Position numbers and translations under genes: made by a program
DNA from: Thalia democratica
Lineage: Eukaryota
Assembly: GCA_965202585.1 (NCBI GenBank)
Contig: OZ241830.1
Span: 19,282,001-19,346,000 of the forward strand
DNA length: 64,000 bases
Reading direction: 5' to 3'
Notes under the pieces: model-generated
Databases searched by the model: none
What the model was told of the DNA's origin: nothing
The model's input: the letters and a program-made list of their open reading frames with translations, nothing else
Part shown: positions 1 to 11,400 of the stretch, piece after piece
Layout of the letters: every line of letters begins with the position of its first letter
Numbering within the stretch: the stretch's first letter is position 1

Positions 1-365
1 CATTGGTGAGTGAAGAAGGTCTCAGTACGATGTGAAAGAATTCTTCAGAACGAGGCAGGAGGCGCGAGAGAGCAAAGAAGCAGGATGTTGAGATGATACA
101 AGATCTAAGATCAGATAGGAACCTCAACATTTTCTCATCCGTTATGGTAGATAATAGTGTATTTTAATGTGTTATTTTTTTTTGTATTAACAAATTTTAA
201 TAACCAAACACTTTGTACTTTTATTGTATTTTGGGTAAATAGTTTGTAGCATAGTTGCAAAATCGATCTTTCTCTGTCGGTATTTGTTTTTTCAAAGCAT
301 AGCAGTCATAATTAAAAACATAGTAATGCTAACTTTTATTTATTTTAGTACTTGGTGCATTACGA

Positions 366-575
366 CTAGTGATGTACCGGACCCGGATCCGGACTTTATT
401 TTCAAATCAGAATCCGACCGGAACCGGATCCGGACTTTTTTTTAAATTAAAATCCGGCCGGAACCGGATCCGGACTTTTTTTTCAAATTAGAGTCCGGCC
501 GGATCCGGATATCAGACAAAAATGGCAATATCCGGCCGGACCCGGACCCGGATAGTGAGTCCGGTGCATCATTAG
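366..575. mobile_element. Short non-autonomous TIR element made of about 41-bp CCGG-rich internal repeats (copy 1)
   Basis: Ends ctagtgatgtaccggac / gtccggtgcatcattag are inverted repeats; internal unit gaatccggccggaaccggatccggacttttttt-caaatta; second copy at 1838-2060. Confidence 0.7.
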
Positions 576-1837
576 TATAAACTAGCCTGAGTCAGAATGA
601 GATTTTTTAAAACTAAAAAAAAAGAACTTTAATCTAATAATAAGTAGAACAGCTAGCCACAAGGTTTACAAATTTAGGTGTTATTTACAATTAAAAATCT
701 GAAATCAAGTTCTTGAACATAATACACTAGAAAATTACAAAATATTGAAAACTGGATCAGATCAAACTTATTCAAAATCTAAAAGAAAACTAGCCTGAGT
801 TTTTATAAAAAACTAAACTAGCTTGAGGCAGTCCAAGATTTTCTAAAATTCCCAAATTTTTTCAAACTAGCAGGGTTGCCACTGTTTAAGTCAATAAAAC
901 TAGCTAGAGTGAGTATAAACAAGCCTGAGTCAGAATGAGGTTTTTAAAAACTGAAAAAATTACTTTAATTTAATAATCAGTATAACAGCTAGCAAAGGTT
1001 GACAATTTGGTAGTAAAGTTGTGGACTGATTGTGGTACACTTAACTTATTAGTACTACCCATCATATTTAAATCCTACCTTATCTAATTAATATCTAAGA
1101 AATACTAAATTTTAACTGAGACTACTTTCTATAATCAGACACGACAGTTTTGAGTGATGAATCTTTTATATAAAACACAACAAGAAATACTAGCATATAC
1201 AAAATTATTAATTACTTTGGTAACACTTTAAAACTGGAAGCTCTTTAAATCTATATCAAAAGACTTAAAACAATAAACTAAAAATTGAATAAAACTTTCA
1301 GTAAACAGGAAACTGTAAATTTTTTAAAAAACTTTTAAACTATAAACTTGGCTTAAATATTTAAACAATTAAACACCAGTTGAATTATTCACTTTTAAAA
1401 CAAAACACTACTTACAATAACCATTCACAAAAAAGTTCAAGATATTTTGTTGCATCAAGCTGCAAACCAAACTAACTAACTGCCTGTCATGTTCTGATGT
1501 TTTGTTGCATCAGTATTTAGTTTGAAACATTTTGTAATATGATTCTCATTGGCTCGTACATTCAACCGTATTAACTCTAAATATTCTCTGAGCTCAACTT
1601 TAAACAATAAATAATGCAAGTATTCATTCAAAGTTTTCAAATTTACAACATATGTAAAAAGTTGCATTTCTGAAATGTTTATTTCATAGTTTAAATGTAA
1701 ACAAATGTAAATTAGTCACGTGTACAAAATGAGCCAATCGGGGTAGGTGTTTAATTTTAAGTGACGAAAATGACTCTTATTAATTTACACAGGGTTTGTT
1801 TTTGAAAAAATACTTTTCAGTATGCTCTTTTTTACTA

Positions 1838-2060
1838 ACTAGATCTAAGTCCGGCCGGATCTCTGTTAGGATCCGGCCGGACCCGGATCCGGACTTTTTT
1901 TTCAAATTAGAATCCGGCCGGAACCGGATCCGGACTTTTTTTTTCAAATTAGAATCCGGCCGGAACCGGATCCGGACTTTATTTTCAAACTAGAATCCGG
2001 CCCGATCCGGATATCAGACAAAAATAGCAATATCCGATAGTGAGTCCGGTACATCACTAG
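1838..2060. mobile_element. Second copy of the CCGG-repeat element, same orientation
   Basis: Same internal units and 3' end gtccggtacatcactag; 5' end differs from copy 1. ORF 1796-1993 is a by-product of the repeats. Confidence 0.7.
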
Positions 2061-2427
2061 TGGCAACATACAAGTGTTTTTCAAATACAGTGCCTACACT
2101 TTTACAAACAATAGAATATATAATTAAAACATCAATAGTCTTAAAGAGAGATTTTTGTTCAATCACAACAGTAAGATTTGGAGCTTATGGCTACTTTTTA
2201 ATAAGAAGTTAATATTTTTTTTTGTGTAGAAAAATTTTTGTCACTAACTTAATTTGACTTTATTATCAATAATGTTATAGTATTAACAAATTAAACTAAA
2301 CTAAATCTGCCATACTAAGATTTCATTTTTACACCTTAAAAAACGAATGATACATTACATCATTAACTAACATACTAATGCTAGCAAAACTATGAAAAAA
2401 GCTGTATTACAAAACATATCACGTCAG

Positions 2428-2433
2428 TTTATT
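2428..2433 (-). terminator. Poly(A) signal AATAAA of copy A
   Basis: About 20 nt after the stop, followed by ctgacgtgatatgtttt; equivalent context in B and C. Confidence 0.55.
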
Positions 2434-2453
2434 GCTTCAAAGTGCGCTCCATT

Positions 2454-5400
2454 TTATTTTTTTGGCCTTATCATCATTTTCGTTTTTTTGAGCCGCGATC
2501 TTGGCACCACGTCAATCCTGCACTGGGTCTTGGTCAAAAATGAAGTCCAATAGAAATAGCAATTGGGGTCATTCGTGTATTTCGCGTTCACGTTCATATA
2601 AGCGCAACGCTTATACCAGTTACCGCCCAAGCCGAATAGTTTTGCGCAATTTAAATTAGACTTATCGTTATCGTTGTCTCGCGTGGTAAACTGCATGCCG
2701 TTGTGGGTAAAGGTGAGCGAGTCGCCTGCAAAATTACATTGGGAGTTAAAGTTTGAGTTGAAAAGTAAAAGTTTCTGAAACTGAAAACTGCTTCAGGTAG
2801 TATTTATGTGTTTAAAAAATCTCTCCTAAGTTTAAAGTCCCTTTTTTCATTTAAAAAATTTTTTAACAGTTTATTTTTTTATGTAACAAAAGAACATAAG
2901 GGAACCTCCTTAATTTTTACAATTTTTTTGTACAGTTTAATCTGAATTATAAAAGTTTTTTAGCTACTTAAGAAAAGTAATTTTTGAGATAGAAGCGATC
3001 AGAGTCAATAACCGCAATAGGTTCTATATTGTTCTCAAAAGAGACTTTACCACTTAAAATCTATCTCCTGCATCATTTTTAACCAATCTTGTTTTAAATT
3101 TCACAGCAAGTTAACAACTAATATTTTAATCGATTGAATGCAGGAATTATTGAATTTTATTTACATAAACATTTTTTTTAATCTAAAGCTTTCATTGTTT
3201 GATCTTTAAAAAGTCCCAGAATTTAACAACCTTTAACTATAAGAAAATTTGACATGGAAATATTCGTTTTCTAGCTATAAAAGTAAAAAAGAAAATAGAT
3301 TTTTTTTGAACTTTTAAATTTCGGAGAAATTCGACCTTTAAAGGTTTAAGATTCAAGCGTTTAAATTGAAAACTTTTTTACGAAAACGTTTAAATCTTCA
3401 AAACTAAGCATAATATTATATTCTAAAAAAACTTACTATACGTAGTACGTACTATAAGCTTTCATATAAGAGCCAATGTAAGTTTTTGTAAAAATAAATG
3501 TAGACTTCTATATGCCCTTAACTTGTGTTTTTAGTTGTGTATCGAAAGTCTACCTTTTAAAAAGACTTGAGCATTACAAACCAACTCACCTGCAGTGCCT
3601 CCTTTGTACCCAGAAACACTCAGTCGATATTTGTCTGAGACGTCTGCAACTTTGAAATGGCTGAAACATTCGTATTAATTATAGTTTCTGGTGAAAGCTT
3701 TATCAAATAAATAGAAAGTTGTGACAAAAAGCAACATTTAACCTGTAATGAGCGTACGCTGATTCATCGTCTACAGTTGTTAAATCTACACGAAGTTCAG
3801 CATCGAACATATGAGTTAGTGCACTAACGTATTCTAGACCTGATGCATTTCATTTTATAACTTTAAATATGTATTACTGTTTATTAAGTACAACTGTCTA
3901 AAACAGGGGTCGGCAGGCAGTTGGTGCTCGCGGGCCAAATTTAAAGTTTCCAAAGTCTTCGCGGGCCGCAGTTTTAGTTTTAGTGACATTTGAGTAATAT
4001 TTTGCTTTTAGTTCTTTTTATAGAAAGTTTTACTTTTATTCACTTTGATGTTTAAAGTTACTTTTAGATATACATAGAATGTCTATTTAAGTCATAGATA
4101 CTTATTAGAATAAAATTTACATTGACTAATGTACTTAGTCTTAATAAATTATGTACTTTCTTAAAGACTAATAAGTTAAACATAATATTTTTGTCATTTT
4201 ACTTATAACCTAACTCTCTATAAAAACCGAGCTTAAAAATATTTAAGGGGTCACTTTTATGCATTTTTTGTACTATTAGCCCTTTTTTCATGTTTCTCAA
4301 AATATTTACTTTTAAAAATAATTTTTGCGTCTAAAATAATTTACACACTTTAAAAAATTCAGTAATTAATAAACTAAATAACTCGAATACCTTTTTGCTT
4401 GTAGAAAATTGAAACAATTTTTTAACAATATTTACTCTCGAATACCTAATAAAATACCTTATTAGTAATTAATTAGTATTTTACATGGTTGCCACTTTAA
4501 AAGCAAAATGTCTAAGTTATATCAAACCAGCCAAGTTAATTAAAAGTTTAAAAAGTTTAAAACGTAGTGTTAATAAAGCTTAAATACCTAATTGAAATAT
4601 CATCATTGTAAAAAAGTACACAATATGTAAGAAAATAAGAAAGAAAAATACAATTAGTAAACTACATTACAGTGTAAAAACTATTCTGAGAATTCGAAGA
4701 TTTATTCAAAGTATTTAAATTAAAAGTTTCATACACACCTGAGTCTTAAAAAATGTCTTAAACAGGTTTAACCTAGTCTGGATTCTTTTAACTTTCAAAC
4801 TAGGCTATTTGTTTAGCAACTCTGTTTAATAGAAAGTTCACAAAATATAGAAATAACGAAATTTTTTAAAGGTGAATTAAATATATAGCAAAAAAAAGGT
4901 ATTATAAGTCAGTTTCAATGGACAATAAGGGTTTATTAAACATTTTTTATAAATGTATAAAAGCTTATTATACCTTTGTTGAAAAAGAAAAACTAATTTT
5001 TTATTAAGCATTATAGCTATTCTTGCTATATTATTTCATTATCTGCAATAAACGCTTGCATTTGAAAAGAGTGAATGTGAAATATATGACGAGCTATAAG
5101 CATTGAAAAACGTTATTTAGAAGTTTTGGCAAGAAACAAAAAAAAAACAAATCGCTAAAGTCAGTTCAAACAAAGCACATGATTATCTTCAGTAACTACA
5201 GACTGGTCGATGAAAAACTTAAGACAAGTTATAAAGTAGCAAAATTATTTACTAAAAAGAAGATACCATTTAGAACTTTCATTTTTTTAAAGAATTCATG
5301 TTGGCGGTAGTATAAGATTTTTGTTTATTTCTTTACTGACAACAAAAAGTTGTGTTTAAGAAATACCTAAAGATTATAAAGCCGCATAAATCAAATTAGG

Positions 5401-8400
5401 ACTTTAATCAATCTGTTAAGATGAGAGCACTGATACAACAAGTATTGTTATCTGTGAATTTTTGTTTGAGGTATTTTAAATAATTTTGACATTTTAGAAG
5501 AATTTCTAGGTTTAGTTCCAATGCAAAGCACAGCAATTGGTAAATAGATATTAAAAGCAAAGGCTCAATGCACCAATATAAAGTTTGTGAAAGTACAATT
5601 TTTTCTTCTATTTTCAGTATAAATTTAAACTAAACGTAAAAAAAATCTTTTAAACATAATATCAATTTTACAAATATGCTCTTAAGCTACTTTGAATGAG
5701 TTTTTTAATAAAACATTTATATGGTAAATTTTTTGTTTCAAATCTAAATTTCATTACTTTACATCTAAAAATTGTTTTAATTTCAGGTTTTTTCAAAAGT
5801 TCTCAAATTCAAACTTTTTCTAGATTAGTTCAGTATAAATTGTCAGATTCCAAGATAACCGGGACTTAAGTTCTTTGGCAACACTGATTATTCACACTTA
5901 TTTACAGTAGTATAAATAGTATTTCAAATTATATCAGCTGCAAGATTTAAAATTTAACATATATTATAGTTCAATCAACACTGTGTATTGTTCAAAACAT
6001 ACAATATAGATTTAGTTTGCCACTCTTCAAAGAAAAAAAGTCAGCCTTAATGACAAAAAACTAGCCTGATATTTTCGTATACAAAAATCAGTCTAACTCA
6101 ATAACTGACAAAAAAACTAAATTGGCCTGAGATTTAAAGTCTTCAAATGGTCATAGTCTGAGTTTGTAGCAATGTAAGTTATTTATTTAATTGAACTTGA
6201 AATAATTTGATTCACAATGTACAAACTTAATAAATTTACCATCCTTAAATATAGTTTGTTTTAAATTGGTAGTTTCAAAAAGCAGCAATTGTTTTTATAA
6301 GTATGCAACGCATTTAAACTAACTTAATTTACCAAAAAACATTGTTTCAAAAATTAAAATGTGTACATAAAAAAAATTATTTTAATTTGTCACATTTATA
6401 TTGTTTTAAATGTTTCTTAACACACTTAGAAATTACATATAGATACAATAATGTTAGAAAGCTATGCATAAATTAAACTTATCTAACTTAAGCAGTAAAT
6501 AAAAAGTGTTTTAAAGTATAAGCATCTTTGTACACTTGTGTGCATTGGATTTAATTTTAAATGCAAAAAACTACTTAAAATTCGAAACATGTTAAACCAA
6601 AATCAAATAAACCTTATTTATTATTATTATTTTAAATTAAATGTTTTTGTGTACACACAAATATAATATTCAGTCATAATAAATCTATAAAAGAAACTTA
6701 GGTATAAAATACATTTAAAATGAATACCTAAACTGTAAAGAAATACTATTTTAATTAATTACTGTACAGTAACCTCTCGCTTATTTACGCACATTGTGTC
6801 CACAGAAAAAGTGCGTAAAGATGCGAGATATCGTAAAGATACGAGAGGTACCAAATATACTAACTATAATGGCTGTTTTTTGATATTGCTTCTAGTTAAA
6901 AGCAGACTGGGAACTTTCTCACTCAAAACAATTTGTTTACTTTATTTATAAATATGAAAACAAAAGATAAAACTATACATATACTAAAAAATAGGTTGAA
7001 AATATATCTAAAATAATAAGTAGATTTTATCTCTTTCTTTATTTAAATGTCACTTATTTGATACTTAATATTCATATTATACTACTTAGCAAATTCAATT
7101 TGTAATAAAGCATTTGGTTACAATTTAAAAATGGTGTGGTGTTTATATAAAAATTTGTGTTGCTTTATTCATATATAGTGCAAGTGTGCTGTATTGTTTT
7201 TTTGTGTTTTTAACTCTCATAATTTCATTATACTTTCATTATTTAACACAGTCATATTTCTTTCAGAATTTTTATTTAATCTCTTATTGCTGACATAATT
7301 AATCTAAATGCTTATCAATTAGTCAAGAAACATAAGTTTACTAAGTCTAAAGATATAGAAAGGTGAGATAGCATTTAACAACATATTTTAAATTAAAAAT
7401 ATACAACAAACCTAACTTGTGCAATACTAAAAAAAACTAAAATTTTTATTTTTTGAATTTTTAGAATTCTAAAATGCGTAACTAAACGAGAGTGCGTAAC
7501 GTCACGAGTGCGTAAAGATGCGAGAGGTTACTGTACATTACTTTTGTACAAAATGAAAAACATTTGCATTTGGTTTACTTACTAAGTAGGTAAAATATAA
7601 CTTACTTACTAAATCTAAGCACTCTTTACACTCTTTTTTCAAACAATTAAATGCTGTTGTAAGAAGAAAGTTATTATGAAAATAAGAAAATACCCTGTTA
7701 GAAAGCTAATCTTTCTTTTTCACATTTTTAAGCTAATACAGTAAAGTATCTATATTATTTAAAAATGTAATACATCAACTTAAAACTAAATCAAATAAAA
7801 CTAAATTATCAGAAAAATATAATTTAAGACATATTGTTGTTCAGCGGGCCACATTAACATGCTCGCGGGCCACAAAAATTTCTTTCGCGGGCCGCATTCC
7901 ATTCAAAAAAATAACGTGATCGCGGGCCGCAGATTTACCCTTCGAGGGCCGCAGTTTGCCGACCCCTGGTCTAAAACGTCATCAAATAGTTTACAGTTGT
8001 TACTTTATTAAACTCTAATGATATATTTTTGTCCATATGAAATGAAAAATAGTAAGCCTAAAATATATTATTTATAAACGAAAAAAATAAACTTTCTTTA
8101 TAGGATTCAAAGTTTCCAAAAAAACTTCTAACATAACCATATAATAGAAACTATGTTTTACAGACTCATAAGCTGTGTTTTTTAGTAAATACTTGTTAAA
8201 GTATAAGATGGTAATAAACAAAAACTCCTAAAATGGTATAAAAGTACTAGTACTAAAGTGAAAAATTAAATGAAATAAATTAAAGCAAATTTTTTTCTCA
8301 CCAAGCCAATGGTTAGTATTTTTATCTCCAAATCCCCATCGATAGTCATTCCAGTATTTCGCAAAGTCAGAATTACTTATACGCCGTTGAAAAACCTGAA

Positions 8401-11400
8401 GTATTGATCAAATATTGATTAACAAATGTGGTCAATAATGGCTTATAACACTATAAATATGATAATGTTTTAATCTTTATTTTGTTGGTTTACAATTAAT
8501 AATGGGCTTCAATAATTAAATTTGAGAATAGTATGAAGATGCTATAAAATATTATTCAATGAAAATATTACTTCACGTTATTTTTATTAATATCCAAATA
8601 GTTTTTTACCTGCGATGACAAACTACAATAATAAAAATGATTATCTGTTAACACTATAAATTCCACACAAAAATATTTTTTCTCTACTAGCCTAGACGTG
8701 TTTAATGCTTCGATATCATTGTAAAAATAAAATTTTCAGACTTACTATTAAACACATTACTTTTTTTAAGTTTTAACAAATTCATCATTAAATAGTTGAT
8801 AAAAAACAAGCTAACAGTCCATCCACCACCATCAGTTTTCATATCACAATAAGCTGTTACTTCTTTTCCACGTATAACAATTTTGTAAGGCTTTGAAGGT
8901 AAACTTTTGCCTAGATTTGCACCAAGTATGTCCTTACAATTGGATGGATCTGTAGTTTAGAATATGGTTTTCAAGTAAAAAATTGCAATAAAAATCAAAT
9001 AATTTTTCAAAGAACCATTTCCTGCGATTTCTAAAAATAAAAGAGATTTAAAAAAGTAATTTAGCTAAAAACGAAAAAAAAAATAAACCCAATAATTTTA
9101 ATACTTTAAACTAAACATTTAAACATTTCTATTTATTGTTATTTGAAAATGTAAAACTAATAACGACTTAAACAAACGTTAAAATGGAAAAATAATTATA
9201 AAAAAATATACTAAAAACACAAGTAATTGAAAACTAAAGAAAAGTTATTACAGTAAAAGTAGTAATTTAAATAGTTTTAACACACACTGAATTATACGAA
9301 ATGTTTCCATAAATTATATTGAATTTTTGAATTGAATGTCAAAATATGATATATTCTCTATGCGATAAAAATCAAAACCTGATAAATTCTATGACTTAAT
9401 AAATAAAAGAACCTTTATTTATAATACTATAAATTAACTATAAATAATTAATTTTTATACTATAAAATAAATTTACAAATTCAAAAATAAATTACATAAG
9501 CTCATTTCATATAAACAGAACATATAGTTATTTCCAAAAATAAAAGCATGAAGGATAACTTTTTTTACAAAATAAATCATTAAATTCTAAATACCTAACT
9601 CACGAATCAAAACTATACTTTCGGTAGAACTACTTCAAAAACAATTAACATAATAGAGTTTTAACCCTAACTACTAAGATTAATAAATAAACTGACGTTT
9701 ACAGTTCAGTCCAGTATTGTCGAGAATTTTCCCGCCCTTACATACGCACATGAAAGATCCAACAGTGTCTTTGCATTCGGCATCATTTCCGCAAGGGTTG
9801 TTACTACATTCATTTATGTTCTCGCATTTTCTAGTTTTTTGGCTTGCTTTGAAGCCTTTTTTGCACTTAAGTTCTAAATAAAGTGTTTATTTTTAACAAA
9901 CTTTCTGATGTAACTTTCTTATTACAGTTTTGTTTAAAGTATATTTAAAGCTGAAAGATACTTTACGGGCCGCAGTTTACCGACCTCTGGCTTAACAAAC
10001 TTAAAAACGCGTCGATATTTATAAGAAAATATACGAAAAAAAAACGAGTAAATGAAAAAGATATAAAATTTTTAAAGTAAAAATAGTAGTTTAAAAAAGT
10101 TTAATAACACAGTTAATTTTTTTTAATGTTTTCACCAAATTACTGTAGAGTTATTTAACTGAATTTTAAAAGCTAATATATCTTCTATGCGGCGACAAAA
10201 TAAAACTTTATATATATTTCTAAATCTCATAAATAAAAGAACCTATCTTTGGTAATTGCTTTAAACACTTATATCAAAATGTTGTTTTATACTTATTTCC
10301 TTAAAAGGTATTTTGATCATTAAATAAACTGACCTTTACAGTTCAGACCAGTATCATCGAGAACTTTTCCGCCCTTACATTCGCACATGAAAGATCCAAC
10401 AGTGTCTTTGCATTGGGCATCTTTTCCGCAAGGGTTGTTACTACATTCGTCGATGTTCTCACATTTTCCAGTATTTGGGTTTCCCGTGAATCCGTTTTCG
10501 CACTCTGAGTAAAGTGTGTATATTTTTTTATTTTCATATATTTTGTTTTTACTTAGTGTAAAACATTTACTGATCTATAAGTCTCTATGACACTTAAAAG
10601 ATCGAGAAAGTATAACTTTTTATTTTCAAAACGAATCTTTTTAGCTCATTAGTATGAATTAACAAAAAAAACGAAAATGTTCAAGTAAGCAATTTGGATT
10701 CTTAAAAAAAAAACAAAATTTATTATTTAAAACGCAGTTAAAAAATAGCATAGCAACTTATATAAGAACTGGTTGATTATTGAAGGTATTGCAATAAGTA
10801 AAAAACAATCAACTATGGATAAAAAAATATATTACCATTTATTATTAGGGTACTTTTTAAGTTATCTAGTTATAAAATTTGTGGAAGTTAATGAGTTTGT
10901 TTACAAAACGTTTGTACTTTTTTTAGTCAAGTTAGCTCTTTTATAAATGAAAGCAATTTAAGTGTTTACTAATTAAGTCGTCTTTTTATGACAAGGATAT
11001 TCAAGTAGAAATGTTTTAATTTATTAGCTAAGTATCTAGTATAATAATAAACTAATTTATACTATTTTTTTTGAAAACATAATTTGCAAAATTATGTTAA
11101 TGTTTTACTTAGTCTTTTTGGAGTTTTCAAACCAAAATTTGAACTAATGATATTAGTAATGTTTTATATTTCTTAGTAAATGGTTATACAATAGGGTTGG
11201 GCAACAAACGGCCCGCCTAAAATACATTTCTATGCCGCAATGTATTTTTATTCTGAAACTTGACCAAAACAAACAGAATAGAGATATTTTAGACAAATAA
11301 TTTAAAAATATTCTTTTTTAGTACGTAATACCTTAGATTAAAATTTCCATGATTTAGAGTTTTTTGTGAATTAGCATGTCATGTAGTATAGATAAACGCA

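Noticed and set aside
1-165. Purine-rich, GC-elevated stretch at the window edge
   Set aside because: All three plus frames have stops and no motif is recognisable; truncated by the edge.
400-2010. 41-bp repeats as a CRISPR array
   Set aside because: No unique spacers, no cas genes, eukaryotic context.
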